DNA from: a virus
Taxonomy: Duplodnaviria; Caudoviricetes
Strand: one strand, 5' to 3'
Virus record (IMG/VR): IMGVR_UViG_3300037461_000129
Location: 1-39,726 of that record
DNA: 39,726 nt
A program made the position numbers and the translations under genes. Position 1 is the stretch's first letter; each line of letters starts with the position of its first letter. A model generated the notes under the pieces. That model did no database searches, was not told the DNA's origin, and saw only the letters and a program-made list of their open reading frames with translations. Shown piece after piece: positions 16,350 through 25,393 of this stretch.

Positions 16350-16706
16350 ATGGCCGTCCATCTCGACCTGTACGCGATGACGCTGCACGTAATCGAGGAG
16401 GAAGCAGATTCGCACCCGTACTGCGCGGGCGAGGTGCTGGTGACGCTGGACAGCGACGAGACGGCCTGGGTCGAGCCGTGCTCGCGGCTCGTTATGACGG
16501 AGGAGATCGTTGACCGACTCGCCGACCGACTTCGGCCTTACGGCGTCAGATGGATGCGCGGGTGGCACGACGGCCGCTGGCGCGGACGGGTCATTACGGC
16601 TCACGGCACGCGCGGCGTTGCGGGCGTGGACGTTCATGGTGATGCGGGCGCTGGAGGAATTGGAGAGCCAGGGCTCATCAACGGCGCTGATGCGCAAGAT
16701 GGATAG
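16350..16706 (+). CDS. Hypothetical protein
   Basis: 118-aa ORF starting 3 nt after the previous stop. Confidence 0.55.
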   Translation: MAVHLDLYAMTLHVIEEEADSHPYCAGEVLVTLDSDETAWVEPCSRLVMTEEIVDRLADRLRPYGVRWMRGWHDGRWRGRVITAHGTRGVAGVDVHGDAGAGGIGEPGLINGADAQDG

Positions 16707-16759
16707 CGCGCGGCACACCCACGAGCTGCTCATCCGCGCGCTCGATCAGGAGGAGAGCC

Positions 16760-16852
16760 GTGAGCATCCTTGAGGCGTTCTTGACCGTCGTCGTGGTGTT
16801 CATCGGCGCCGTTGCGCTGGCGCTCGCGCTCGACTGGATCACAGGAGACTGA
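16760..16852 (+). CDS. 30-aa single-pass membrane peptide
   Basis: AGGAGGAG RBS; MSILEAFLTVVVVFIGAVALALALDWITGD; directly before the holin. Confidence 0.55.
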   Translation: MSILEAFLTVVVVFIGAVALALALDWITGD

Positions 16853-16853
16853 G

Positions 16854-17306
16854 ATGGTCGCACCCGTCATCGCCGCCGCGCTCCCGGCCGTGCTGGAACT
16901 CGGCGGCCGGCTCATCGACAAGATCTTCCCGGACCCCGGCGTTGCGGCCGAGCACAAGCTCCGGTTGATGGAGCTGGCACAGCAGGGCGAGCTGGCCGAG
17001 CTCGCCAGCGCCGTCGAGCGGCTGCGCGTCGAGGCCGAGGACCGCGCCAATGCGCGCGCGCGTGAGACCGCCACCGGCGACCAGGCGACGCCAAGGGTGT
17101 TGGCCGGCACCATGACTGTCGGCTTCTTTCTCGTGCTGGCGTGGCTACTCGCCTTCGGAATGCCAGCGCAGGGCGGCGAGGCTCTGCTCGTGCTACTGGG
17201 CGCACTCAGCTCGGGAGTGAGCGCGGTGTTGTCGTACTACTTCGGATCGTCCAGCGGATCGGCCTGGAAGTCCAAGCTGCTGGCCGACGAGGAGCGCCGA
17301 CGATGA
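16854..17306 (+). CDS. Putative holin
   Basis: LIDKIFPDP N-terminus, two C-terminal transmembrane helices, YYFGSSSGS; adjacent to the endolysin. Confidence 0.8.
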   Translation: MVAPVIAAALPAVLELGGRLIDKIFPDPGVAAEHKLRLMELAQQGELAELASAVERLRVEAEDRANARARETATGDQATPRVLAGTMTVGFFLVLAWLLAFGMPAQGGEALLVLLGALSSGVSAVLSYYFGSSSGSAWKSKLLADEERRR

Positions 17307-17887
17307 AAGCGCCGCTGTTTCTGTCCAGCGTCATCCGCCCGGGCCTCGCGGTCCTCGCGGACACCACGGCGCTGCCGGTGCAGTCGCCCGAGGCCGAGGT
17401 GCTGCTGCTGGCCATCGCCACGCAGGAGAGCGCGCTGCGCCACCGCCAGCAGGTCGGCGGGCCGGCGCGCGGGTTCTGGCAGTTCGAGAAGCTCGGCGGC
17501 CTCAACGGCGTGCTCAACCACGCGCGCACCAAGGACAGCTTGCGGGCTATCTGCGGCGCGCTGGCAGTGCCCGGCGAGTTGGACGGCCTATGGGAGGCGC
17601 TGCCGTGGTGCGACCCGCTGCAGGTCACGCTCGCGCGGCTGCTGCTGTGGAGCGATCCGCGGCCCCTGCCAGCCATCGGCGCCAAGGATGCGGCGTGGGA
17701 CTGCTACCTCCGCAACTGGCGCCCCGGCAAGCCATCGCGCACCCGCTGGGACGCGGCCTACGACGGCGCGGTCGAGGTCTGCCGCGACGGCGCGCGGCTC
17801 GATGTCACGGAGCCTGTTGACCCGCTGACGATCCTCGATCACGTCGAGGTGAGTCTTACCGCACTGCGCCGGATGCTGCGGCCGTGA
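17303..17887 (+). CDS. Putative endolysin (lysozyme / transglycosylase-like)
   Basis: LLAIATQES...RQQVGGPARGFWQFE...YLRNWRPGKP; follows the holin with an ATGA overlap. Confidence 0.8.
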   Translation: MKAPLFLSSVIRPGLAVLADTTALPVQSPEAEVLLLAIATQESALRHRQQVGGPARGFWQFEKLGGLNGVLNHARTKDSLRAICGALAVPGELDGLWEALPWCDPLQVTLARLLLWSDPRPLPAIGAKDAAWDCYLRNWRPGKPSRTRWDAAYDGAVEVCRDGARLDVTEPVDPLTILDHVEVSLTALRRMLRP

Positions 17888-17979
17888 CCGCGCTCCTGAT
17901 CGTCGCTCTCTGGCTTCCGCCGCCACCGCCGCCACCCTGGCCGGTGGCGTGGCCTGACATCATCGTGAGGATCTGCTAA
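17884..17979 (+). CDS. 31-aa hydrophobic polyproline peptide
   Basis: MTALLIVALWLPPPPPPPWPVAWPDIIVRIC; GTGA and TAATG overlaps at its ends. Confidence 0.45.
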   Translation: MTALLIVALWLPPPPPPPWPVAWPDIIVRIC

Positions 17980-18134
17980 TGGCATCCAAGCCCGCACCAA
18001 AGCCGGACACCGTGCTCTACCTGCTGGAACTGCTGGCACGGCAGCAACAAGAAATCAATGCGCTGCGCGAGTGGCGCGATCAGGTTGAGGCCGTCTGGCC
18101 GCAGATTGTGGAGGTGGACAATGGCGCTGATTGA
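17979..18134 (+). CDS. Hypothetical protein (51 aa)
   Basis: GAGG RBS; MASKPAPKPDTVLYLLELLARQQQEINALREW... Confidence 0.55.
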   Translation: MASKPAPKPDTVLYLLELLARQQQEINALREWRDQVEAVWPQIVEVDNGAD

Positions 18135-18438
18135 TCGACTGGCCGGGCTCGGCGATCCGATAGAGAGCCGCAAGCTCCCTATCACCTATTTCTGGGCATG
18201 CCTGTATGAGCTATCGAAAGGCAAGTTCACGCGCAACCAGATTGTGACGTTGTTCGCGCTGGACTCGGGTGAGGCAGGCGAGCTTGATTGGTTGATCGGC
18301 AAGTACAACGCGCTGCCGACGGCTGCCGCAAAGGCTGACTTCATCGAGCTGATAAATGTCATCCTCATCATGGCGGAGGCCAAGGCGCCGGGCTACACCA
18401 CTAACGCCGAGCTGGTCGCCCGCATCAACGCGATCTGA
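18121..18438 (+). CDS. Hypothetical protein
   Basis: GGAGG RBS before ATG 18121; 105 aa. Confidence 0.75.
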   Translation: MALIDRLAGLGDPIESRKLPITYFWACLYELSKGKFTRNQIVTLFALDSGEAGELDWLIGKYNALPTAAAKADFIELINVILIMAEAKAPGYTTNAELVARINAI

Positions 18439-18443
18439 TCGAG

Positions 18444-19646
18444 ATGGCCGTCGAGAAAAAAGTCTTAACTGGGACGATCACGGGGTCAGGTAGCACTGAC
18501 TTCACGTCGCCGGGATTCGGCACTCCTGATGCGGCCATCGTGTTCTTCTCTCTGGCCAACACCGCAAACAATCCGGCGACGACGGCGCGCATTAGCATTG
18601 GGTTCTGGGACGGCACGACACAGTATTGTGTCGGTTCCGAAGCCGCCGATAACCAGACATCGAGTAACACATCCGGCGTGTCTGCGGCCTATGTTGGCGC
18701 GCTCTTTTCCGATCGCGCATGGTCCATCAGCAACATCACGGATGGAGTGCGCATTTCGTGGGTGTCTGGCGCAGCGTTATCCGTCAGCCTGTACGTTACA
18801 GTCATTTTGCTTGGCGGGCTGACAAATAAAAAAGTGGGATCCGTTGATCTGGGGTCTAGCACAAGCGCCATCAATGTCACGGCGCCTGGGTTTCCAGCGA
18901 ATCTCGTGTTTCTCGCAACTATCGCCAAGGATGGGGCGGGCACGCGAGACGGCCAGCGGCTGTCGTTTGGGGCTGCGCACATCAATTCGTCGGGCGCGGT
19001 GTCGCAGGGCAGTGTTGCGCTGTACTCCGAAGATGCCTTAGCCGACACAAAAAGCGGCTGCTATGTCAACGACAGTGCGGCAATAACCGGTGCGGCAAAT
19101 GACGGCGTAGGATGGCAGCAGACCGTTACTGCAAACGCATCTGGATTCACCTTAACGCCAAGCGCGAGCGCGGCAGGCGTTGACGGGTACTATCTGGCCA
19201 TCCAGTTGCCAGACCCCAACAAAGCACACGTCGCAATTGACGACGCGCGAACAAGCGCGGGCACGGAGGCCTATACCGGCGCCGGCTTCACGCCGGAAGT
19301 GCTGATCCTCGTCGCCGGTCTCGCCTCTGCCGTTGACACGATCACGCAGGCCGGCTCGTTCATGCTCGGCGCTGGCGATGCGACAACAGAACGGTGCGTT
19401 GTTGTCTGCGACGAGGATGCGCAGGCCGTCAGCGACACGGAATCGTACTGCGAGGCGGGCAGCATCCTGCATCTGCGGAACGATGCAGGGACGGCGAATG
19501 CCGTTGCCACAATCGACAGCTTCGATGCCGATGGGTGGACGCTGAACTACAGCGACGGCGCATCGTCGGCGTGGAAGATGCTGGCCATCGCCATTGGCGA
19601 CTCACGACGCAAGGCAATAAACCTGGGATTGCTGGGAGTGACCTAG
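18444..19646 (+). CDS. Beta-rich virion protein with three internal repeats (fibre/spike candidate)
   Basis: 400 aa, rich in S/T/G/A; three units starting T.PGF/GAGF.P. Confidence 0.75.
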   Translation: MAVEKKVLTGTITGSGSTDFTSPGFGTPDAAIVFFSLANTANNPATTARISIGFWDGTTQYCVGSEAADNQTSSNTSGVSAAYVGALFSDRAWSISNITDGVRISWVSGAALSVSLYVTVILLGGLTNKKVGSVDLGSSTSAINVTAPGFPANLVFLATIAKDGAGTRDGQRLSFGAAHINSSGAVSQGSVALYSEDALADTKSGCYVNDSAAITGAANDGVGWQQTVTANASGFTLTPSASAAGVDGYYLAIQLPDPNKAHVAIDDARTSAGTEAYTGAGFTPEVLILVAGLASAVDTITQAGSFMLGAGDATTERCVVVCDEDAQAVSDTESYCEAGSILHLRNDAGTANAVATIDSFDADGWTLNYSDGASSAWKMLAIAIGDSRRKAINLGLLGVT

Positions 19647-19658
19647 CAGGAGCGTGAT

Positions 19659-20081
19659 ATGGCGGACAACGTAACGGCAAACAGCGGCTCGGGCGGTCCG
19701 GTTTTCGCGACCGACGAGGGATCCGGTAGCGTCCACTTCCCCATCGCGGTCCCGTATGCGCGGGCCAGCGAAGGACTAAATGGCAGTGGCAACGCCACCG
19801 GCACCAGCGACACCGCCATCATTGCTGCGCAGGGATCTGGCGTGCAGATCTGCGTTACCTCGCTGATGATCTACAACGCGAGCACGACGGACACGTTCGT
19901 CAACATCAAGGACGGCAGCACGACCAAGCTCGTGGTCCCGGCGCCCGCGAAGGGCGGCGCGATCATCACGCTGCCAATGCCGCTTGTGCTGACGGCCAAC
20001 ACGGCGCTCAACTTCGCCAGCGGCACGGGGGTGACGACGATGTACGTCTCCGCTGTCGGCTTCAAGTGGACGCCGGCCTGA
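19659..20081 (+). CDS. Putative virion structural protein
   Basis: AGGAG RBS; beta-sandwich-like composition. Confidence 0.75.
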   Translation: MADNVTANSGSGGPVFATDEGSGSVHFPIAVPYARASEGLNGSGNATGTSDTAIIAAQGSGVQICVTSLMIYNASTTDTFVNIKDGSTTKLVVPAPAKGGAIITLPMPLVLTANTALNFASGTGVTTMYVSAVGFKWTPA

Positions 20082-20094
20082 TAGGTAACGCCGG

Positions 20095-20955
20095 GTGATT
20101 ACCACCCAATATTTTCTGTTCTGGGGCACCGCCAGCGCGGGCGGGACGACGGTCACCGGCACGGGATCGCTCACGCTCCCGGCCGTCACCGCGTCCGGTA
20201 GCGGCGCGCGCGAAGCTAAGGGCACTGGCGCGCTCGGCCTGCCGGCGCTGACGCTGACTGCGGCCGGCGTCCGTGCGGCGATCGGCACGGGTGCGCTGAC
20301 GCTCGGCGCCGTCACGCTCGACGGAACGGGCGCCGCATCGGCCGCCGGCTCGCATACCGGGACTGGGGCGCTCGCTCTACCGCTGCCGACCGTCAGTGGC
20401 GCTAGCGTCGTGGCCAGGACCGGCACGGGAAGCCTCACGCTGCCCGCTCTGGCGCTCAGCGGCGCAGGGGCAAGGGAAGCCACTGGCACGGGCGCGCTGA
20501 CGCTCCCTGCGGCCACCGTGGCCGGCGAGGGGCGCCTTGCCGGGGAAATCACCGGCACGGGTGCGCTGACTCTGCCGAAGGTGACTGCCAGCGGCACCAA
20601 CATCGTCGCCTTCGCCGGCGGCAGCCTGCCGGCGCGACGCCGCAGCAGGGAATATCAGGAGTATCTGCGGGCACTGGCTGAAGGCCGCGAGTATGTGCCG
20701 CCGCAAGTGGAGGACGAGCCGCCAGACAAGCGGCCGAAGAAGCGCCGGCCGCGCAAGGGGCCGACGCCAGCAACGCTCACCAACTACCCGGCTTATGCCG
20801 GGTTTTTTGTGGACGACATCGCGGCGCAGCCGGCGATTGCCGCTGTGCTCGACCTAGCCGCCTACCGCTCATATCGCGAGGCCTACGAGGCCGCGCGCCA
20901 CCTCGAGCAATTGCGGCAAGAGGATGAGGAGCTGCTGCTCCTACTGGTGGCCTGA
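20095..20955 (+). CDS. Putative virion fibre protein with GTGALTLP repeats
   Basis: Seven repeats of about 21-25 aa, then a charged tail ending EDEELLLLLVA. Confidence 0.75.
   Translation: MITTQYFLFWGTASAGGTTVTGTGSLTLPAVTASGSGAREAKGTGALGLPALTLTAAGVRAAIGTGALTLGAVTLDGTGAASAAGSHTGTGALALPLPTVSGASVVARTGTGSLTLPALALSGAGAREATGTGALTLPAATVAGEGRLAGEITGTGALTLPKVTASGTNIVAFAGGSLPARRRSREYQEYLRALAEGREYVPPQVEDEPPDKRPKKRRPRKGPTPATLTNYPAYAGFFVDDIAAQPAIAAVLDLAAYRSYREAYEAARHLEQLRQEDEELLLLLVA
20786..20808 (+). terminator. Terminator-like hairpin inside a CDS
   Basis: ACCCGGC-TTAT-GCCGGGT then TTTTT. Confidence 0.6.
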
Positions 20956-21200
20956 TGGACGACTGGAACGACCAACAAAAAGCCGCGCACGCGAAGCGAC
21001 TGCTCGACGATCCGATGATCGGCCAGTTCTTCGTGCAAGCGCGCGAGCAACTGTTCTCTGAATGGGTGATTGAGCAGGACGACCTCCGGCGCGATGCGCT
21101 GTGGGAAAGGGCACAGGCGTTGGACAACTTCCGCGCCTACCTCCACGGCTTCCTCGCGACCGGGCAACTGCTAACCCACCGGGAGCGAGAGTATGAGTGA
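20955..21200 (+). CDS. Small head-module protein
   Basis: AKRLLDDP...RDALW...L..G; typical position just before the scaffold gene. Confidence 0.8.
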   Translation: MDDWNDQQKAAHAKRLLDDPMIGQFFVQAREQLFSEWVIEQDDLRRDALWERAQALDNFRAYLHGFLATGQLLTHREREYE

Positions 21201-22269
21201 CGAGATCATGCAGGGCCTCATCGAGGCCTTTGCAGACCAAGACGACGCGCCGCCGGGCGACGACGCTGGCGCGATGGAGGCGGCCGATGACGTGGTTGAG
21301 GACGATGCGGGCCTGGACGCCGCTGACGGAGCCGACGCGGATACCGGCGATGACGAAGCTCAGGATGCTGAAGGCGACGCGGAGGCTGACGGAGCTGATG
21401 AACCGGAGGGCCGTAAGTACCTGAAAGTCGTCGGCGCCGATGGCAAGGCCCGGCGCGTGCATATCGACGAGCTGCTAGCCGAGACAGCGCACGACATCAC
21501 GGTCGACGGCAAGACGCAGTGGGTGAGTTACGAAGAGCTGCGCAACGGCTACCAGCGCCAGGCGGACTACACCCGCAAGACGATGGAGGTTGCCAAGGAG
21601 CGCGGCGAGTTGGCGCCGTTCGCGGCCATGGTCGCGCACGCCAAGACGGACCCGGACTTCGTGCGGCACGTCCAGGCGTACTTTCAGCAGGGGCCGCATC
21701 CGCAGTTGCAGATGGCGGCGCGCATGGACCTGGCCGACGAGCAGATTGCGCAACTGCTGGACAGCGAGAAGCCGGAGCAGGTTAAGGCGGCAAAAGAGAT
21801 TCTGGGCGCGCGGGCACAGTTCCGGCGCGTCATGGCCGAGCGGCAGCAAGTCGAGGCGCGCGCGGCACAGGAGCAGCGGGCGTTGCTGGAGAACTATCTT
21901 GCGGTCGAGCGCGAGAAGGTGTCCGCGGCGATCCCCGAGTACAGCAAGCAGGCACCCTTGATCGCCAAGGCCCTGCAAGAGGTGTACGGCTTCAACGAAG
22001 CCGAGTTGAGCAGCGTCTACGACAGTCGGCTCGTCCGGCTGGCGCACGACGCGATGCAGTACCGCAAGAGCCTCGCAGATGGCTCCAAGCTCGGACTGGA
22101 GGGCAAGCGCACGCCCCCTCCGCCGCCCCGTGCGGCACGGCCCGGTGCTGGAAAGGCCGCTACGGCGAAAGAGGTACGGCGCTCGAAGGATGTGACGGCG
22201 CGGGCCATGCGCTCGGGACGAACCGAGGACTGGGCCGCCGTCATCGCGAACCGATTGGGCCTATCTTGA
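21193..22269 (+). CDS. Capsid scaffolding protein
   Basis: Acidic N-terminus, VDGK...VSYEELRNGYQRQADYTRKT, coiled coils; precedes the capsid gene. Confidence 0.88.
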   Translation: MSDEIMQGLIEAFADQDDAPPGDDAGAMEAADDVVEDDAGLDAADGADADTGDDEAQDAEGDAEADGADEPEGRKYLKVVGADGKARRVHIDELLAETAHDITVDGKTQWVSYEELRNGYQRQADYTRKTMEVAKERGELAPFAAMVAHAKTDPDFVRHVQAYFQQGPHPQLQMAARMDLADEQIAQLLDSEKPEQVKAAKEILGARAQFRRVMAERQQVEARAAQEQRALLENYLAVEREKVSAAIPEYSKQAPLIAKALQEVYGFNEAELSSVYDSRLVRLAHDAMQYRKSLADGSKLGLEGKRTPPPPPRAARPGAGKAATAKEVRRSKDVTARAMRSGRTEDWAAVIANRLGLS

Positions 22270-22287
22270 TTCCGTAGGAGGAACGTC

Positions 22288-23205
22288 ATGGGCGTTTTCA
22301 CTGGCACGAGCCACGTTTACAACATGGGCGGCACCGCGGGTGTCGGCAAGTTCAACCGCGAGGACCTGAGCGACCTCATCACCAACATTGATCCAACCAA
22401 CACGCCGTTTCAGTCGAACATCAAGCGCACGACTGCGAAGGCGACGCTGCACGAGTGGATGCAGGACAGCTTGACTACGGCGGCGAACAACGCGCACATC
22501 GACGGTAACGAGATCACGTTCACAGCGGCATCGAGCGGAACGCGCTCGTCGAACATGACGCAGATCAGCGTGAAGTCCGTCATTATTTCCGGTACGCAGG
22601 ACGCCGTTAACAAGGCCGGAAAGGGCAAGGAGATTGCCTACCAAGTGGCCAAGCTCACCAAGGAGATTGCGCGCGACATGGAGTACGCGCTGCTGCAGAA
22701 CACGGCCCTGGTGACGGGCGACGCCACAACGGCGCGGCAGCTCAAGGGCGTGGCCGGCTGGATCGTCAACAACGCGCAGGATGCTGGCACCGGGACGGTA
22801 ACGATTACGCAGACGTACCTCGACGCGGCGGCAAAGGCGGCGTGGGACGACGGCGGCAACCCGAACATGATTATCTGCAACAGCTTTAACAAGCAGAAAA
22901 TCTCCGGGTTCACGACCGGCGTTACCAAGAACCTCGATGCCGGCGACAAGAAGTTCGTGACCGCCGTAGATGTCTACGAGTCAGACTTCGGCCTGATGCG
23001 CATCTACCCGGATCACTTTTGCGTCGCTGACGACGTGTATCTGCTGCAGTCCGATCTGTGGGCGCTGGCCGTCCTGCGGCCGCTGGCCGTGAAGGAGCTG
23101 GCCATGACGGGCGATGCCGAGAAGCGTGCACTGATTACCGAGTACACGCTGGAATGTCGCGCCGCGGACGGCAATGCGTCCGTTATCGACACGGCAACGT
23201 CCTAA
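22288..23205 (+). CDS. Major capsid protein (DUF5309 / SU10-like)
   Basis: REDLSDLITNIDPTNTPF, HEWMQDSL, NMTQI, EIARDME, VYESDFG, TGDAEK...EYTLE; AGGAGG RBS. Confidence 0.93.
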   Translation: MGVFTGTSHVYNMGGTAGVGKFNREDLSDLITNIDPTNTPFQSNIKRTTAKATLHEWMQDSLTTAANNAHIDGNEITFTAASSGTRSSNMTQISVKSVIISGTQDAVNKAGKGKEIAYQVAKLTKEIARDMEYALLQNTALVTGDATTARQLKGVAGWIVNNAQDAGTGTVTITQTYLDAAAKAAWDDGGNPNMIICNSFNKQKISGFTTGVTKNLDAGDKKFVTAVDVYESDFGLMRIYPDHFCVADDVYLLQSDLWALAVLRPLAVKELAMTGDAEKRALITEYTLECRAADGNASVIDTATS

Positions 23206-23963
23206 TGACGATACCCCTGGAGCTGCGGGAGTCCAGGGAGAACGAGGGGCCGCACTTTCGCGGCCCCTTGTTCGACGACTTCCATTTGGCAATTCTGGTG
23301 CCGTCTGGCGCAACGTGGAATACGGGGTTTGCGATCAGCCTGCTCAAGTGCGTACAGGCTATGCATCAAAGGCCGATTGCGCGCCGGCACAGTTACCGCA
23401 TCCACAATCAGCAGTCTTCGATGTTGCCATATTCGCGCGAGGCCGGCTTTCTCGTGGCGCTGGAAATGGAGCCGGAACCGACGCATATCCTAATGCTCGA
23501 TTCCGACATGGAGTTTCCCGAGGACGCGGTGCATTGGATGGCGTGGCGTGACGAGCCGGTGCTGCTGGCCAACTACGTCAAGCGGTGCGTGCCGACGATC
23601 CCGGTGACGCGAGATTTCGGCAACCGCTACGTCTACACGCACCAGTCGGATACCGGGCTTGTGGAAGTGAAGTTCGGCGGTCTCGGGTGCTGCATGGTGA
23701 AAACCGAGGTCGTTAAGAAACTGCGCCGGCCGTGGTTCAACTTCGGCTGGCGACCAGACCCGAACCGAGCCGGCAACTGGCTTATCGACGGCGAGGACAC
23801 GGGGTTCTTCAACAAGGTCCGCGAGGCTGGCTACAAGGCCATGATGGATCACGACTTGAGTAAGCACGTCAACCATATTGGCGAGTTGGTGTACACCAAC
23901 CGCATGGGCGAGCTGACCGAGAAGGAAAACGACGAGGCGATGTATGGCAAGAGTGCTGCATGA
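23205..23963 (+). CDS. GT-A fold (GT2-like) glycosyltransferase
   Basis: AILVP, THILMLDSDM (DxD), GLGCCMVK, PWF, GEDTGF, HIG; TAATG overlap with the capsid gene. Confidence 0.85.
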   Translation: MTIPLELRESRENEGPHFRGPLFDDFHLAILVPSGATWNTGFAISLLKCVQAMHQRPIARRHSYRIHNQQSSMLPYSREAGFLVALEMEPEPTHILMLDSDMEFPEDAVHWMAWRDEPVLLANYVKRCVPTIPVTRDFGNRYVYTHQSDTGLVEVKFGGLGCCMVKTEVVKKLRRPWFNFGWRPDPNRAGNWLIDGEDTGFFNKVREAGYKAMMDHDLSKHVNHIGELVYTNRMGELTEKENDEAMYGKSAA

Positions 23964-24282
23964 CGATCTGACGCCCGGCTTTCGCACGATTGTTGACGGC
24001 GACGAGGACGGCAATCTTTATCTGCGGCACGAGCACGATGTCACCGACCTGATTGACTTCAACAGTCGTGTGCGCAGCGTCATCGGCCGCGACATCACCC
24101 GCAACCATGATCGGCAGCGGTGGGTCGCGCGCCTGTCTGGCTTGGCGCTGCAAGAAGCCATGATGCAGGGAATGATTTCCGAAGGCGGAGAGGGCTGGCA
24201 CGTCGTGGATGAGCGCCGGTTCCGCCGCTGGCTCAACAACCGAGACGTGCGCGGCTGGCGCACCAGCGAGGGCAAGGTATGA
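23944..24282 (+). CDS. Hypothetical head/neck-region protein
   Basis: 112 aa, GAGG RBS, FRRWLNN...WRT..G C-terminus. Confidence 0.75.
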   Translation: MARVLHDDLTPGFRTIVDGDEDGNLYLRHEHDVTDLIDFNSRVRSVIGRDITRNHDRQRWVARLSGLALQEAMMQGMISEGGEGWHVVDERRFRRWLNNRDVRGWRTSEGKV

Positions 24283-24764
24283 AGTACAAGATCACCAAAC
24301 CGGATTTTGACGGCCGGCTATTCACGCATCACGTCGTTCTGCCGGACGGCTACTACCGCATTTTCAGCCTGACGCGCCACAACCACGAAAACCTCGAGAG
24401 CCTGATCCGCAAGGGCTACGAGGTGGAGGAGTACCGCGGCGATCTGGCCGGCGGGCTATACGACGAGAGCACGGATGAGCGCGTAGATCCGCAGAGCGTC
24501 ATGGAGCACTTGGCCGTCAACAATCAGGGACGCCAGGTTCGCTACCTGGATCAGGACGCGCCCGACGATAGTGAGACGCTCGGGCTTCGTCCGAAGCACT
24601 TCCGCCAAGCGAAGCGCGGGCGTCTGACAGAGCAACAGGAGCGCCACAACCATGTGCAGGACCTGCGCGACTCGCTGGCGGCCATGAAGGTGAAGTATAG
24701 GGCTGACGATTCGCGCGAGGCCCTGGAGGCCAAGCTGCAGAAGGCCGTTAGCAGGGCGAATTGA
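24279..24764 (+). CDS. Hypothetical protein
   Basis: 161 aa, coupled at both ends. Confidence 0.75.
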   Translation: MKYKITKPDFDGRLFTHHVVLPDGYYRIFSLTRHNHENLESLIRKGYEVEEYRGDLAGGLYDESTDERVDPQSVMEHLAVNNQGRQVRYLDQDAPDDSETLGLRPKHFRQAKRGRLTEQQERHNHVQDLRDSLAAMKVKYRADDSREALEAKLQKAVSRAN

Positions 24765-25393
24765 TGGCCATCTCGACCTACAGCGAGCTGCAGACGGCGG
24801 TCCAGAACTGGCTCGACAACACCAACACCATTCCGGTAGCGCGGGTGCAGGAGTTCATCGCGCTGGGCGAAGCGGATATTCGCCGGCGCATCCGGGTGCG
24901 CGAGAACCTGGCGGCCGTCAGTGGCCTGCTGGTGGCCGCAGAACCAACGCTGTCGCTGCCGTCAGACTTTGGCGGTATCGACACGCTGTCCGTCACCGAC
25001 AACGGCTACGAGCGCCCGCTTGCGCAGTTGGCGCCCAACGTCGCGCTGGAGCAGTACTACGCCTATGGCAGTGGCGTGCCAGCCCATTACGTCGTCGAGG
25101 GCGGCAGCGTGCGGCTGTACCCGACGCCGGACAGTGCTTATACCTACACGCTGCGGTATTGGCAGCGCGTGCCGGCGCTGACCGACGCCGCGCCATCGAA
25201 CTGGCTACTGACAGACCATCCCGATGTGTACCTATTCGGCTCGCTGATTCAGGCCGAGTTGTTCCTAGTCGACGATCCACGGGTGCCGCTGTGGCAAGCC
25301 AAGTATGAAGCGGCCATCGAGCAGGTCATAGCGCAGAGCGCGCTCGACAGCATCGGCCGCACCGACATGCAGACGCAAGGGGGAACGCCGTGA
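24764..25393 (+). CDS. Head-tail adaptor protein
   Basis: MAISTYSELQTAVQNWL, FIALGEA, LPSDF, LYPTPD, SNWLLTDHPDVYLFGSL. Confidence 0.85.
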   Translation: MAISTYSELQTAVQNWLDNTNTIPVARVQEFIALGEADIRRRIRVRENLAAVSGLLVAAEPTLSLPSDFGGIDTLSVTDNGYERPLAQLAPNVALEQYYAYGSGVPAHYVVEGGSVRLYPTPDSAYTYTLRYWQRVPALTDAAPSNWLLTDHPDVYLFGSLIQAELFLVDDPRVPLWQAKYEAAIEQVIAQSALDSIGRTDMQTQGGTP

